Of a stretch of DNA of 64,000 nucleotides, positions 1 to 9,349 are shown piece by piece (within the stretch, counting starts at the first letter, position 1; each line of letters starts with the position of its first letter). The DNA is taken from the NCBI GenBank assembly GCA_949282965.1, contig CASDQW010000010.1, forward strand, positions 4,243 through 68,242, in the 5' to 3' direction. A program made the translations under genes and the position numbers. The DNA is from an uncultured Lentisphaeria bacterium. Its GTDB lineage: Bacteria > Verrucomicrobiota > Lentisphaeria > Victivallales > Victivallaceae. Below the pieces are notes generated by a model. It worked only from the letters and a program-made list of their open reading frames with translations. It had not been told where the DNA came from and ran no database searches.

Positions 1-2889
1 CGCCATCGGCGCGGTAAACCGGGAAATCGGAAATGCCACGGAAAAACGACAACGATCTTCCGGATCCCCTTCCACCGGCACGCCGCGGGCAAGCAGAAAT
101 CCCTGATCCGCCACTTCCAGTCGCCGCCCGCCTCCCCGGGCCAGCGTGAACGTCGCCGGAATCCCTTCCGGCGGCGACACCAGGATCAGGCTTCCCGGTT
201 GCAGCGCCTCCGGCGGCAGCTCCCGGTCGAGCGTCAGCACCCGCTCCCGGATCGCGGTAATCGCAGCGGTTGCTGCACCCGGCCCCTGATGCTGGAAATC
301 CCCGGCCCGCAGCGACCGGACACCGGTTCCCCGGACATGCAGCAGTTTTCCGGACCGGTCGAAAACCAGAAGCGCCAGCCGGACATCCCCCGTGATCGCC
401 GGAAGATTGCCGGACGCGGGAATTTCCAATTTCCCGGTCAGCCAGACATCGCACAACCCGTCTGAACGGGACACCCTGCAGGCGCGGGCAAAAGGATCTT
501 CCGACCGGACGGCAGGCGTTTCGACCGCATTTACCGGGTCCTCCACGCCGTCCGGCACCACCCGGATGATTTTAAGAAAAACACTGATACCCCCTTTCCC
601 GCGGTCCCGCCGGATCAGATAGGCCACCGGCGCCGTCACGTCCAGTCCCGGATGAACTGCGGCAATGTATTCCCGGTCCGGCGCCCCGGGGAAATCCACC
701 TTGATCCTGCCCCGGAAAGGCGATCGGACAATGAACGCGGGATCTGTCAGCTCCATGCCCACCCCCTCGCCGGTCCGCGTACTCTGCGGCTGCGTCAACA
801 GGGCATAACCGTTGCCGGGCACCTCACAGCGGAAATGGCGATCTTCAAACCCGGTCAGCCGGTAATCCCGCCGAAACCGGTTCTCCGCGCTCAATCCCGG
901 AAACATGCCGTAGGTTCCAACCGGCGTCATCTTCCGGGAGAAGCGCCAGTCCTTCATGGCCGTGTGAAAACTGTCATCCCGGAATTCCCCTCCGGCAATG
1001 ATCCCGATATCCAGCCAGTATCCCAGATCCGTGCCGGTTTCATCCGGACGCTGTGCAATCATCCGTTCATAACGGGACACGCCTTCCGGGCGGTAAGCTC
1101 CCGGGTGAACCGCCAGGGCGTACTGCACCACGTCGTCCGCCAGAAAACCATTCAGATAACCGCCGCCCGCCCGCGGATCGAAACTTTTCCCGTCGGCCAG
1201 CAGCGACTGATGCGCCACGGTCATCTGCGTCCAGCTGTGCCGGTAATGGCTGTTGTAATAACCGGGATCGTTGCTCCAGTCATGCCCCCGGCTGAAGAAA
1301 GTCCAGGTCAAAGCCTCCCGTTGTCCATGATTGTTCTGCATACCCGCCGCCAGCTGTGCGCCGTACCGGCAATCCCCCCTGCCGCCGCGCAGCAGGGCCA
1401 GCCCCTTGGCACCATAGAAAATGCTCCCTTCGCTCAAGAGCTTTTCGTCTTCAGCGGCACTCGCCACCTCGCGCAGCAATGCCGGCGTAATCCGAAACAG
1501 CGTCAGCCGGTCTACCGGCGGAACGACCGGCCCGTCACCATACAGCGTCCGGAGAAATCGCAGAATTTCTCCACGCACATCGGAATCGGCGTTCAGCAGC
1601 AACCGCCAGCTGTTGCGCAGCTGGGAACTCCAATAGCGGTCGGACAACGCCGTCCGCCCCGGCTCCGGCAGCCGTCGTGTCGGCGACACGTAAAACCGGT
1701 CCGGCCCGTCGTCCCCAATCGTCGGCATGTGCCCGGAAAGCTCCCGCCGGATGAAAAACCGATCCATCATCGCCACCAGTCCGGGATCCCGGTAAAAGGA
1801 TGCTCCCGCCGCCAGTCCCTGCCGGACCGCCGCATCGGCAATACCCGCCATCGCGCAGTACAGCTCCGTCGTATGCACCGAATAAGTGGTTGACACCTCA
1901 AAATAGAACCCGTTGCGGTCGACATTGTTGTCGAGCATCGAACGCAACGACGACGGCCCCTTCAGCAGCGGCGTCAGCAGCCGTTCGTCCCGCAGCAGCA
2001 GCCCGGCATAAGCCGCCCCCCGGACGTAATCGGCCAGACCGTTATTGAGCTGTCCGCCTTCCATCGCCCAGTCGTAACAGAACTCCCCGCCGTCCCGCAG
2101 CAGGTTTGCCGCGACATGTTCTCGGATGCTGGCGAATCCGGGAAAGGCCGAGGGAGCCTCCAATTCCCCGGAAGCGGTAATCAGATCCAGCGTATTCGCA
2201 TAATTCTCCAATCCCCGCGCCACCATGTAATACGCCCGCTGCAACCGTCCGGACCGGTCGCGGTCCGCCTTGCGGCCGGGATAATCCAGCGGCCCGCGCC
2301 GGTTGGCGGGATAAATCCCCGCCACGGCGTCCAGCAGAACGGCCGCGACATGCGCATATTGCTTCTCGCCGGTCAGGGCGTACAGGTCGCCGAGCGCCGG
2401 CAGCACCCGTTCCTCCAGCTCGGAACAGACGAATCCGTAGGCACGCGCCGTGAAATAATACTTCTTCCCATCCTTCCCGCACCCGGAACCGTCATCCGGA
2501 TAATCGGCATTGGGATACACCACGTTGTTTCGCCCCATTACCTTGAACGGGGTTTTCCAGGAGGTCCAGCGCAGGCGTTCCCCATACGGGTCGAGATTCA
2601 TCCCCAGCCCGTACACGATCGGCGCACCGGCCGGCGGCACCAATCTTCGCAGCTCGTCGTCGGAAAATTCCAGCAGCGGCACCACAATCTTCCGCTGTTC
2701 TTCCACGTATTGCCGCAGGTGCGGCATCTCCGCCCAACCGGCACGCAGCTGCGCCAGCTCCTCCCGGCTCGTCAGCAGCTGCGGAAAGCGTTCCGGCCGG
2801 AGAACCTCCGATGACAATTCCGATTTGCCGCCCGCCCCGCTCACCAGACCGGCGCAGCACATGATCGCCAGCAGCAAAATTTTCCTCAT
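1..2889 (-). CDS. heparinase II/III-like polysaccharide lyase, secreted; the 3' end runs off the left edge of the window
   Basis: Absent from the ORF track because it has no stop in the window. I read the minus frame codon by codon from 2889 to 1 and found no in-frame stop (963 codons). It starts ATG 2889-2887 as MRKILLLAIMCCAGLVSGAGGKSELSSEVLRPERF (signal peptide). The internal GMQNNHGQREALTWTFFSRGHDWSNDPGYYNSHYRHSWTQMTVAHQSLLADGKS resembles the heparinase II/III C-terminal block (compare HNTILVNGKGQ in the neighbour at 3969-7592). Confidence 0.65.
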   Translation of the reverse strand, partial: MRKILLLAIMCCAGLVSGAGGKSELSSEVLRPERFPQLLTSREELAQLRAGWAEMPHLRQYVEEQRKIVVPLLEFSDDELRRLVPPAGAPIVYGLGMNLDPYGERLRWTSWKTPFKVMGRNNVVYPNADYPDDGSGCGKDGKKYYFTARAYGFVCSELEERVLPALGDLYALTGEKQYAHVAAVLLDAVAGIYPANRRGPLDYPGRKADRDRSGRLQRAYYMVARGLENYANTLDLITASGELEAPSAFPGFASIREHVAANLLRDGGEFCYDWAMEGGQLNNGLADYVRGAAYAGLLLRDERLLTPLLKGPSSLRSMLDNNVDRNGFYFEVSTTYSVHTTELYCAMAGIADAAVRQGLAAGASFYRDPGLVAMMDRFFIRRELSGHMPTIGDDGPDRFYVSPTRRLPEPGRTALSDRYWSSQLRNSWRLLLNADSDVRGEILRFLRTLYGDGPVVPPVDRLTLFRITPALLREVASAAEDEKLLSEGSIFYGAKGLALLRGGRGDCRYGAQLAAGMQNNHGQREALTWTFFSRGHDWSNDPGYYNSHYRHSWTQMTVAHQSLLADGKSFDPRAGGGYLNGFLADDVVQYALAVHPGAYRPEGVSRYERMIAQRPDETGTDLGYWLDIGIIAGGEFRDDSFHTAMKDWRFSRKMTPVGTYGMFPGLSAENRFRRDYRLTGFEDRHFRCEVPGNGYALLTQPQSTRTGEGVGMELTDPAFIVRSPFRGRIKVDFPGAPDREYIAAVHPGLDVTAPVAYLIRRDRGKGGISVFLKIIRVVPDGVEDPVNAVETPAVRSEDPFARACRVSRSDGLCDVWLTGKLEIPASGNLPAITGDVRLALLVFDRSGKLLHVRGTGVRSLRAGDFQHQGPGAATAAITAIRERVLTLDRELPPEALQPGSLILVSPPEGIPATFTLARGGGRRLEVADQGFLLARGVPVEGDPEDRCRFSVAFPISRFTAPMA

Positions 2890-2934
2890 TCCTCTCCTCC
2901 CTTATCCTGCAAACTCCACCGACAAACAACTCCC

Positions 2935-3724
2935 TTACTTGCTCTTCATTTTCAGGCCGTCGCGACTCCAGTGGTTGTCATCATCATTGATCGTCTTGAG
3001 TTCTCCGGAATAAATCGCCAGATGGTTGTCCCGGTCTCCCCTGACCGATCCCACATGTCCGTCGCACCACAAGACGTTGGCGAACCCGTTGTGACGGCAC
3101 TCCGGCACGTTCGCATTCGTTCCCGCTCCGGTTACGCCGCCGTCGACCACGATATAATAGTTCCGGTGTGTGCTCTCTCCGGCGCCGAAACTGGCGCGCC
3201 ATGCCAGGGAATCGATCAACAGCAACGTGTTCCCCGGCTTTTTAAATTCCGGCACGGGCGGGAGCGCTGAGATAGCCGTCGGCGGTGGTCAACGTCTTTC
3301 TGCCGTGCCAACGGGAGGCGCTGCCGATGTTGTTGGCGTTGTATCCGTAGCTGATGTACTGGCCGTAAATCATATTCGGATTGGCGGTGGAGGCCGGGCA
3401 GTAGAACAGGCGATTCCGGTTGTTGACGCTCTGCTGGGTGGAAAAGTAAAGATTCTTCATCACCTCGCCCCAGGAGGTCTTGGCGTCATAGCTGGAAATC
3501 GTACTGTTCAGAGGATTGTTCCAGCGGAAATAATAGGGAAAGAAGTCCCGATGGTCGTTGGTGTAAAACGCGAAATACCCGCCGATCTGCCGCATGTTGT
3601 TCACACAGGAAATCGCCTTGGCCCGGTCCCGCGCCCGGCCCAGGGCGGGCAGCAGCATGGACGCGAGAATCGCAATAATGGCAATCACTACCAGCAGCTC
3701 GATCAACGTAAAGCGCCTTTTCAT
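2935..3724 (-). pseudogene. DUF1559-type pseudopilin-like protein split by a frameshift (ORFs 3242-3724 and 2935-3255)
   Basis: The 5' ORF carries [28 protein letters not shown] plus the conserved Cys pair. The 3' ORF carries KKPGNTLLLIDS and the H-X9-DG motif HNGFANVLWCDGHV. Intact paralogs in the window hold both halves in one 200-254 aa protein. Both frames are open only between 3242 and 3288. Confidence 0.7.
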
Positions 3725-3927
3725 TCGTACCTCCGGTTTTTCCGTCGAGTCCAGGTTGTCCCATGATATATATATATTGTATCAGAAAACCTGGCGTGCA
3801 CGCCAGGCGTTTTCTATTGAAAATCAATACTTTTTTGACAAAAATCCTCTTTCTCTGCCTGATTCGGGGGCCGGGCTGTCGTCATAAACGGCATTCTCCG
3901 TCAACACGGTCCCGGAAATCATTATTG

Positions 3928-3952
3928 AAAAAAACCGCTCCGGAAGGCGCGG
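3928..3952 (-). terminator. rho-independent terminator after the heparinase-like gene
   Basis: On the minus strand: ccgcgccttccggagcgg hairpin (7 bp stem with one mismatch) followed by ttttttt, beginning 17 nt after the stop at 3969. Confidence 0.5.
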
Positions 3953-3968
3953 TATTCGATTTTTCCAT

Positions 3969-6900
3969 TCAACGTTCGACCGGCAGCAACGCCAGACGCG
4001 ACAGGTTGGTTACGCCTCCCAGCGCGGTAAGCCGCAGCCGGTGCTTTCCCTTCGCCAATTCGAAGTCCTTCGGAAACACCAGATAACTCCATTCCGACGG
4101 CGCGTATCCCGCCACTCCCGTCGAATCCCAGCCCAGCACCGCCACGCGTCTGCCGTCGATGCTCAAGTCCCGCAGCACCTGATTGCCCAGACCGGAAACC
4201 TGAAGCGCCAGCCGGTAGCGTCCCGCCTTCGCCACCTGGAACTCCCATTCCAGATATTTGCCCTCTTCGGCCCAGTAGATCACCCCCATGCCGCCGGGAA
4301 TCGGCGCACGTTTCTCCAGTCGGGCCGCCGGTACGTTCTCGGCGGCGAAATCCGCCGCGTCCAGCAACAGCGCATTCTGCGGCGGTTCCTTCCCGGCGGG
4401 CCGCCCGCGCACCACGCTTCCCGGCACCGTCCGCAGCGTCACTTCCGGCAGTGTTCCGTCCGTCGCGATGCTGACCAGATAGGTGCCCGCACGCAGAAAC
4501 GCCGTCTGCGCCTCATGATGCGCCGCCAGCGTTCCCGTCATGCGGTCGGAGCGGGAACTGACGGTGTAATGCACGGCACCATCCCCCGCGGCAGCGGAAA
4601 CGGTAACCAGACTGTCGGCGGGCAATTCGAAAACCCCGGAAAGAAGTTGTTTGACATCCCCCCCGCCGACCGGCACCGTCCACCGGTCGGCGGCAATCGT
4701 CCGACCGTCGACCAGCAGTTTCCCCTCTTCCCGCCGCGCCGGAGAGGCCGGCACCAGGCTCCGGGCGCCGGGGGTTTCCAGCCGCAGCAGTTCCCGCCCC
4801 TGATACCGGAGAAACGTTCCCTCGGAAAGCATGGCGTCCGCCACCTCCCCGTCCCGGAGCATTACCGCGGCGACGGCCGCATCGGACTCCACGTCTCCCA
4901 GCCGGAATTCCCCGGCGGCTCCCCGGCGGAACACAAGCAGCGTCCGGCCGCCCGGACCGTCGAATTCCGCTCCGGCCGCGGCATCGTTTTCCAGCAGGCG
5001 GGGCGCGGACGTCCGGCTTTCCGGAACGCTACGGCGCGAAATCCGCATGACATTCAAAAATTCGCATTCCCGCGCCGGTCGGGCGTTCTCGGCAAAAGCC
5101 GTCCACTCCGGCTGGGGCCGCGGCAGAGGATCCAGCAGATAACGCTGCATGGGCATCAGATCATACGCCTGCTTGACCTGCCAGACGGCGTCGCGCGGCA
5201 GCAGCATCCGGCTGTTCAGCCGGGCCAGAGGACGGCGGACTTCCAGCTGCGCACCCGACGCCGCCGTGTCCTCCTGCCGGTCGGTATGGGTATGAAGCTG
5301 GTAACGGAAAACGGAAGGCGCATCCGCTTTCAACCGGTCGTAGGTAATGACGAAATCCGGTTTGACGAACACCAGACGCCGCACAAATCCGGACAACGCG
5401 CCCCCATACACTTCCGGCGCCGACGCATCGCCCGCGATCACCCCGAAGTTCGGCGAGTCAAAATACCCGGAACTGACCGCATCCGCCCCCTCGGTCAAAG
5501 ACACCTGCCCCTTGCCGTTCACCAGAATGGTGTTGTGCGCCACCGTCTGGGTGGAATAACCATTGAAATGCGGACTGCCCCACCAGTCGTAATAACCGCC
5601 GTCAATGGCCAGCTTGTCGCCGTAGGCGTTGATCACGAAACTGTTCTGGTCGGCATGCTGATGTCCGGCAAAAAACTTTCCGGCATGAAATCCCACCGCC
5701 ACGTTTTCCCGTCCGTCCGGCAGAAACGTATTGAACAGCGTCACCCCGATGTGCGGATAATACACCGATTGCGGAATCGCCACCGGCGGCTCCGCCCGGA
5801 GCGACCGGTCTCCCGGCATTCCCGCATACCAGAGCGCGACGGCGTCCCCGCTGTGCCGCGCCAGCTTGCCGGTAAAGGCGCGGGCCGCCGGCCCCATCTG
5901 TCCGTGATTGAGCGTCCCGTTGTCGGCAAAGGCGATCTGATACCCCTCCTGCGGCGCACTGTACAGCGGGAAACGCGCCGTTCTGGCCAGCCAGGGATGC
6001 CGGTACAGATCCAGCGGCGTCACCGCCCGCGCAAGATCCACGAACTTCAACGCCAGTCCCGTCCCGTAACTCCAGTACGCCATGCCCTCGTTGTTCTCTC
6101 CGTCGAATCCGAGCGACGGCAGAAACCGGTAGGCGAACATTTTTGCCGCGAAATCAAACCATTCCGCCGCCTCCGGCCATGCCGCCAGCCCGACGGCGGC
6201 AAAGGCAATCACCTGCACCCGGTCCCAGGAATGATTCTGTGCCTCATTGCCGCGGAAAGGATTGGCATCCTCCCAATACTGGCGTCCCCGTTCTTCAATG
6301 GCACCAGCCACAACTTTGCGTTCCTCCGGCGTCATGCTGTGCCAGGCGGCGTCGTAACACCAGACCAGCCCGGTCAGCAGATTGGCGGCCTGAAGATCGC
6401 AATTCTTCATGTGGCTGCCGTTATTCGGATCCCAGGTCCGGGCGATGGCCAGGGCGAGTTCGCGGGCCTTGTCGATGAAATCCCGCCGCCCGGTCAGCAT
6501 GGCGGCCTGCCCGATCGACGCCATCTTCCGCCCGGCCGGAGTGATAATGCCGTCGGCAATCGTACCGTACCATTCAATCCGGGCGCGGATCCGCGGATCG
6601 GCCCCTTCCCGGTAAGGCTGCGGATCCGGCGGCAACTGAAAGTCCAATTCCCTCTCCGCCGCCGCGGCCGCCGCTTCGACATTGCCCCCGCACTGCTCCC
6701 GCGCCAGCGGCAGCAGCCGCGGATGAGGCGTTTTCGCAAGCTGCGAAAAGTCATATGCCGGCAGTTCCCAGCTATGGGCCGGGTCCGGTACCACCACCCG
6801 GTCGCGTCCCGCCACGGTTTCGGACGGCAGCGCGGTCGCCTGCCAGTAGTACAGCCCCGGCGCCAGGACCTCCGGAGAAACGACAAAATTGAACGGCGTT

Positions 6901-7592
6901 TCCACTGTCACGGTCTTTTCCGCCGGAAACGCTGGATCGGTGGAATACTCCAGGCGGTAGCCCTGCGCCCCTTCCACCCGCTCCCAGTTGAAAAGCACCC
7001 GGGCGCTGTAGGAAACCCGCACTCCCGCCAGTGGATTGTAGCGGGGATCCTTCTCAATCCGGAGGTGGCGCACTTCCAGCGTCATTTTCGTCGGAGCGTT
7101 GCTCTCCGAAAGACGACCATACAGGTTGATCCGGTCCAATACGTCCCCTTCCTCCCAGAATTCATTCCGGGTACTCTTCAATCCGGAAAAAGAGACCTGC
7201 GCCTGACGCCATTGCGCGGACGCCGGAAAACGGTGAAACGTCATTCTCTTGCGCGTATCAAACAGGTTAACCCCCAGATAACCGGGATCCACCCCTTCCG
7301 GTCCGGAATTTCGGTATTCAAAGCGCAGCACCAGATCCGGCGCATAGGGCACCCGGTCCGGATTCAGCGACAGAACGCAATAACGGGACGGCACGGTATT
7401 GGTTGCACGCAGAGAATCCTTTTCCGGAGTCACCGACACGTCTCTGGAAGCATTGACCCGGATTCCACCGCCGTTCTGAATACGCCCGTCCTTCACCTCC
7501 AGCACCCGCAGCGGCGCCTCCGCGCGAAGCTCCGCAGCCGCCAGCAGGAATACCGGCAGCGCCCCCCGGAAAATCCAGCTCCAGTTCATCAC
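3969..7592 (-). CDS. DUF4962/heparinase II/III family lyase with a C-terminal carbohydrate-binding-like domain, secreted
   Basis: 1207 aa. Signal peptide MMNWSWIFRGALPVFLLAAAELRAEA. FN3-like FNWERVEGAQGYRLEYSTDPAF. NHSWD...NNEGMAYWSYG helical domain. GHQHADQNSFVINAYGDKLAIDGGYY...VAHNTILVNGKGQ heparinase II/III block. Beta-rich C-terminus (YLEWEFQVAKAGRYRLALQVSG) resembles a CBM. Confidence 0.8.
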   Translation of the reverse strand: MMNWSWIFRGALPVFLLAAAELRAEAPLRVLEVKDGRIQNGGGIRVNASRDVSVTPEKDSLRATNTVPSRYCVLSLNPDRVPYAPDLVLRFEYRNSGPEGVDPGYLGVNLFDTRKRMTFHRFPASAQWRQAQVSFSGLKSTRNEFWEEGDVLDRINLYGRLSESNAPTKMTLEVRHLRIEKDPRYNPLAGVRVSYSARVLFNWERVEGAQGYRLEYSTDPAFPAEKTVTVETPFNFVVSPEVLAPGLYYWQATALPSETVAGRDRVVVPDPAHSWELPAYDFSQLAKTPHPRLLPLAREQCGGNVEAAAAAAERELDFQLPPDPQPYREGADPRIRARIEWYGTIADGIITPAGRKMASIGQAAMLTGRRDFIDKARELALAIARTWDPNNGSHMKNCDLQAANLLTGLVWCYDAAWHSMTPEERKVVAGAIEERGRQYWEDANPFRGNEAQNHSWDRVQVIAFAAVGLAAWPEAAEWFDFAAKMFAYRFLPSLGFDGENNEGMAYWSYGTGLALKFVDLARAVTPLDLYRHPWLARTARFPLYSAPQEGYQIAFADNGTLNHGQMGPAARAFTGKLARHSGDAVALWYAGMPGDRSLRAEPPVAIPQSVYYPHIGVTLFNTFLPDGRENVAVGFHAGKFFAGHQHADQNSFVINAYGDKLAIDGGYYDWWGSPHFNGYSTQTVAHNTILVNGKGQVSLTEGADAVSSGYFDSPNFGVIAGDASAPEVYGGALSGFVRRLVFVKPDFVITYDRLKADAPSVFRYQLHTHTDRQEDTAASGAQLEVRRPLARLNSRMLLPRDAVWQVKQAYDLMPMQRYLLDPLPRPQPEWTAFAENARPARECEFLNVMRISRRSVPESRTSAPRLLENDAAAGAEFDGPGGRTLLVFRRGAAGEFRLGDVESDAAVAAVMLRDGEVADAMLSEGTFLRYQGRELLRLETPGARSLVPASPARREEGKLLVDGRTIAADRWTVPVGGGDVKQLLSGVFELPADSLVTVSAAAGDGAVHYTVSSRSDRMTGTLAAHHEAQTAFLRAGTYLVSIATDGTLPEVTLRTVPGSVVRGRPAGKEPPQNALLLDAADFAAENVPAARLEKRAPIPGGMGVIYWAEEGKYLEWEFQVAKAGRYRLALQVSGLGNQVLRDLSIDGRRVAVLGWDSTGVAGYAPSEWSYLVFPKDFELAKGKHRLRLTALGGVTNLSRLALLPVER

Positions 7593-7611
7593 GTTTCGAC
7601 TCCTCTCTCCC

Positions 7612-8328
7612 TCAGGGCACCAGATAGGTGGACATGTCGCCGCTGACCAGCTGATTCACCGTGAACGGCACACCCAGCGAATTGTACTGCATGGAATTGA
7701 CGTTGTTGAATCCGCCGCGCTGGACGGCCTGCACGTGGCCGTCCATGAACAACACGTTGGCCCGATCGTTGTGAACCAGCCAGGTACGCCCGTAGCTTTC
7801 GCCCACATAAGGCGCGCCCGTGCTCCAGAAGAGCATGCGGCTCATCGGATTGCCGGCGCCGATGCTGTACGAGCAGGCGACATAGCCGAACTTGCTGAAC
7901 CCGTTTTTCTGATAGATGCCCATTTTGAAGGAAATCCCCTGGGTGTTGGTAACGGCGTAAGCGGCGCCGTACGTCTGATTGAGGAGATTCCAGGACTCGC
8001 TGCCGAGGTTGTAGTTCTTGAAACCGGGGCAGAGCAGCACCTCGGATTTGGTGACCAGACCATCCCAGTAAAGGCGGGCGGCCCAGGTGCAGTGCGTGCC
8101 GGTTTTCAGCGCATCCGAAGTATTGTTGGAATTCGGAGAATAAAAGAAATCGTCGTTCTGCTGCAGGTAGAAACCGATCGCGAGCCCGACCTGTTTCTGG
8201 TTGGACATGCATTTGGTCGCCGTGGCCCGGTCGCGCGCCTTGGCCAGGGCGGGCAGCAGCATGGATGCGAGAATCGCGATAATCGCAATCACCACCAGCA
8301 GTTCAATCAGGGTAAATCGTCTGTTCAT
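7612..8328 (-). CDS. DUF1559-type pseudopilin-like protein (prepilin-type N-terminal domain, H-X9-DG)
   Basis: [48 protein letters not shown]...LLCPGF...[14 protein letters not shown]. The start is taken at the internal Met (ATG 8328) directly before the FTLIELL helix. The stop lies 19 nt upstream of the lyase start. Confidence 0.85.
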   Translation of the reverse strand: MNRRFTLIELLVVIAIIAILASMLLPALAKARDRATATKCMSNQKQVGLAIGFYLQQNDDFFYSPNSNNTSDALKTGTHCTWAARLYWDGLVTKSEVLLCPGFKNYNLGSESWNLLNQTYGAAYAVTNTQGISFKMGIYQKNGFSKFGYVACSYSIGAGNPMSRMLFWSTGAPYVGESYGRTWLVHNDRANVLFMDGHVQAVQRGGFNNVNSMQYNSLGVPFTVNQLVSGDMSTYLVP

Positions 8329-8533
8329 GAAAAAAACGTCCTGTGTATTGAAATTTGGTTCAGTCGCCTTTAAATATAGTATAGCGAATTTATGGCGGGA
8401 ACCAATTGCAAAACGGGACACTTTTTTATCATTTCAGCCCCTGTTTCGCTGCAAGAGAAGGCGGATCAGGCTTTTTTATTTGCGTTTTCCGCAAACCCGG
8501 GTTATAGTCCTGCGAAACAGTGGGGAAGAGGTC

Positions 8534-9304
8534 ATGAGCACAACCGCGAATTTTCCGATCAAGCTGTTGTATTGGGGGGCCGGAACAGAAAAGAATCTGG
8601 ACGGGAAACCCCATCTGCATTCATTTTTTCAGCTGGAAATCTGCAGGACAGGGAGGATCGTCGGCATTTCGGAAAATGGCGCAATGGCGTTGGAACAGGG
8701 AGAATTCTGGCTGATTCCGCCGGAAACGCCACACAGTTTCCGGTCGTCCGGTACGTCCGCGTCTTACTACAGCATCAAATTTCAGGCGGAGCACCCCTTT
8801 CGGACCGCCGGACGCAGCGGTCATCCGGTTGCCGACTACCACGTGGCGGCGATCGTCCGACTGCTGGGGGAATCCGGACGGACCGGCAGGATGGACTTCG
8901 TTTCGAAAACCATCCTGTGTCAGCATCTGTGGTGTTTGCTGGAAACCCTGAACGCCGATCGGGAAAATGAGATCGTTGAATCTCCTTTTCTGCAACGCCA
9001 GAAAGAATTCATCTCCAATCACGGAGCCGAGGCCAATGTCACACGCCTGGCCGAAGAAGAAAATATGTCGCTTCCCCGGTTCAAAAAACAGTTCCGCCGC
9101 GAAACCGGCGGCAGAACCGACATCAAGCGCTTCATCGACGAACACCTGATCCAGTGCGCCGTCGGCCACCTGACTTATTCCTCGGGCAACCTCACGGAAA
9201 TCGCCCGGCTGATGAAGTTCCCCACCATCTATGCCTTCTCGCGTTTTTTCAAGTCCCGCATGGGCGTCTCGCCGCTGGAATACCGCAACCGGCATCACCG
9301 CTGA
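8534..9304 (+). CDS. AraC family transcriptional regulator (cupin sensor + HTH)
   Basis: Start moved to ATG 8534 (ggggaagagg upstream). Cupin-like HLHSFFQLEICRTGRI...GEFWLIPPETPHSF. C-terminal AraC HTH GNLTEIARLMKFPTIYAFSRFFKSRMGVSPLEYR. The track ORF N-terminus (8201-8533) is the mirror of the pilin-like gene. Confidence 0.85.
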   Translation: MSTTANFPIKLLYWGAGTEKNLDGKPHLHSFFQLEICRTGRIVGISENGAMALEQGEFWLIPPETPHSFRSSGTSASYYSIKFQAEHPFRTAGRSGHPVADYHVAAIVRLLGESGRTGRMDFVSKTILCQHLWCLLETLNADRENEIVESPFLQRQKEFISNHGAEANVTRLAEEENMSLPRFKKQFRRETGGRTDIKRFIDEHLIQCAVGHLTYSSGNLTEIARLMKFPTIYAFSRFFKSRMGVSPLEYRNRHHR

Positions 9305-9349
9305 CCGCCCCCCCGGCGGAAGACGGCGGCGAAAGCTTTTTTCGGGAAG

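Noticed and set aside
3765-3779. (TA)n dinucleotide run upstream of the frameshifted pilin-like gene as a phase-variation tract
   Set aside because: There are only about six repeat units. It most simply serves as an AT-rich -10/UP-like promoter segment, and length variation cannot be assessed from one sequence.
4041-7646. 1201-aa plus-strand ORF covering the whole heparinase-like gene
   Set aside because: The composition is R/P/G/Q-rich and low-complexity (…RRRVSRHSRRIPAQHRHASAVDAQ…) with no recognisable motif. The minus strand encodes a protein with clear family blocks and a signal peptide. This is a typical stop-poor antisense frame in GC-rich DNA.
8201-8533. N-terminal 111 codons of the track ORF for the AraC regulator, and similar 5' extensions at 8329-8421, 12629-12712, 18885-19064, 22497-22640, 24209-24265, 24867-25094 and 26465-26569
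   Set aside because: The extensions overlap neighbouring genes or mirror the pilin-like leader on the opposite strand. Internal starts coincide with the conserved N-termini and RBS-like sequences, or with ATGA coupling.
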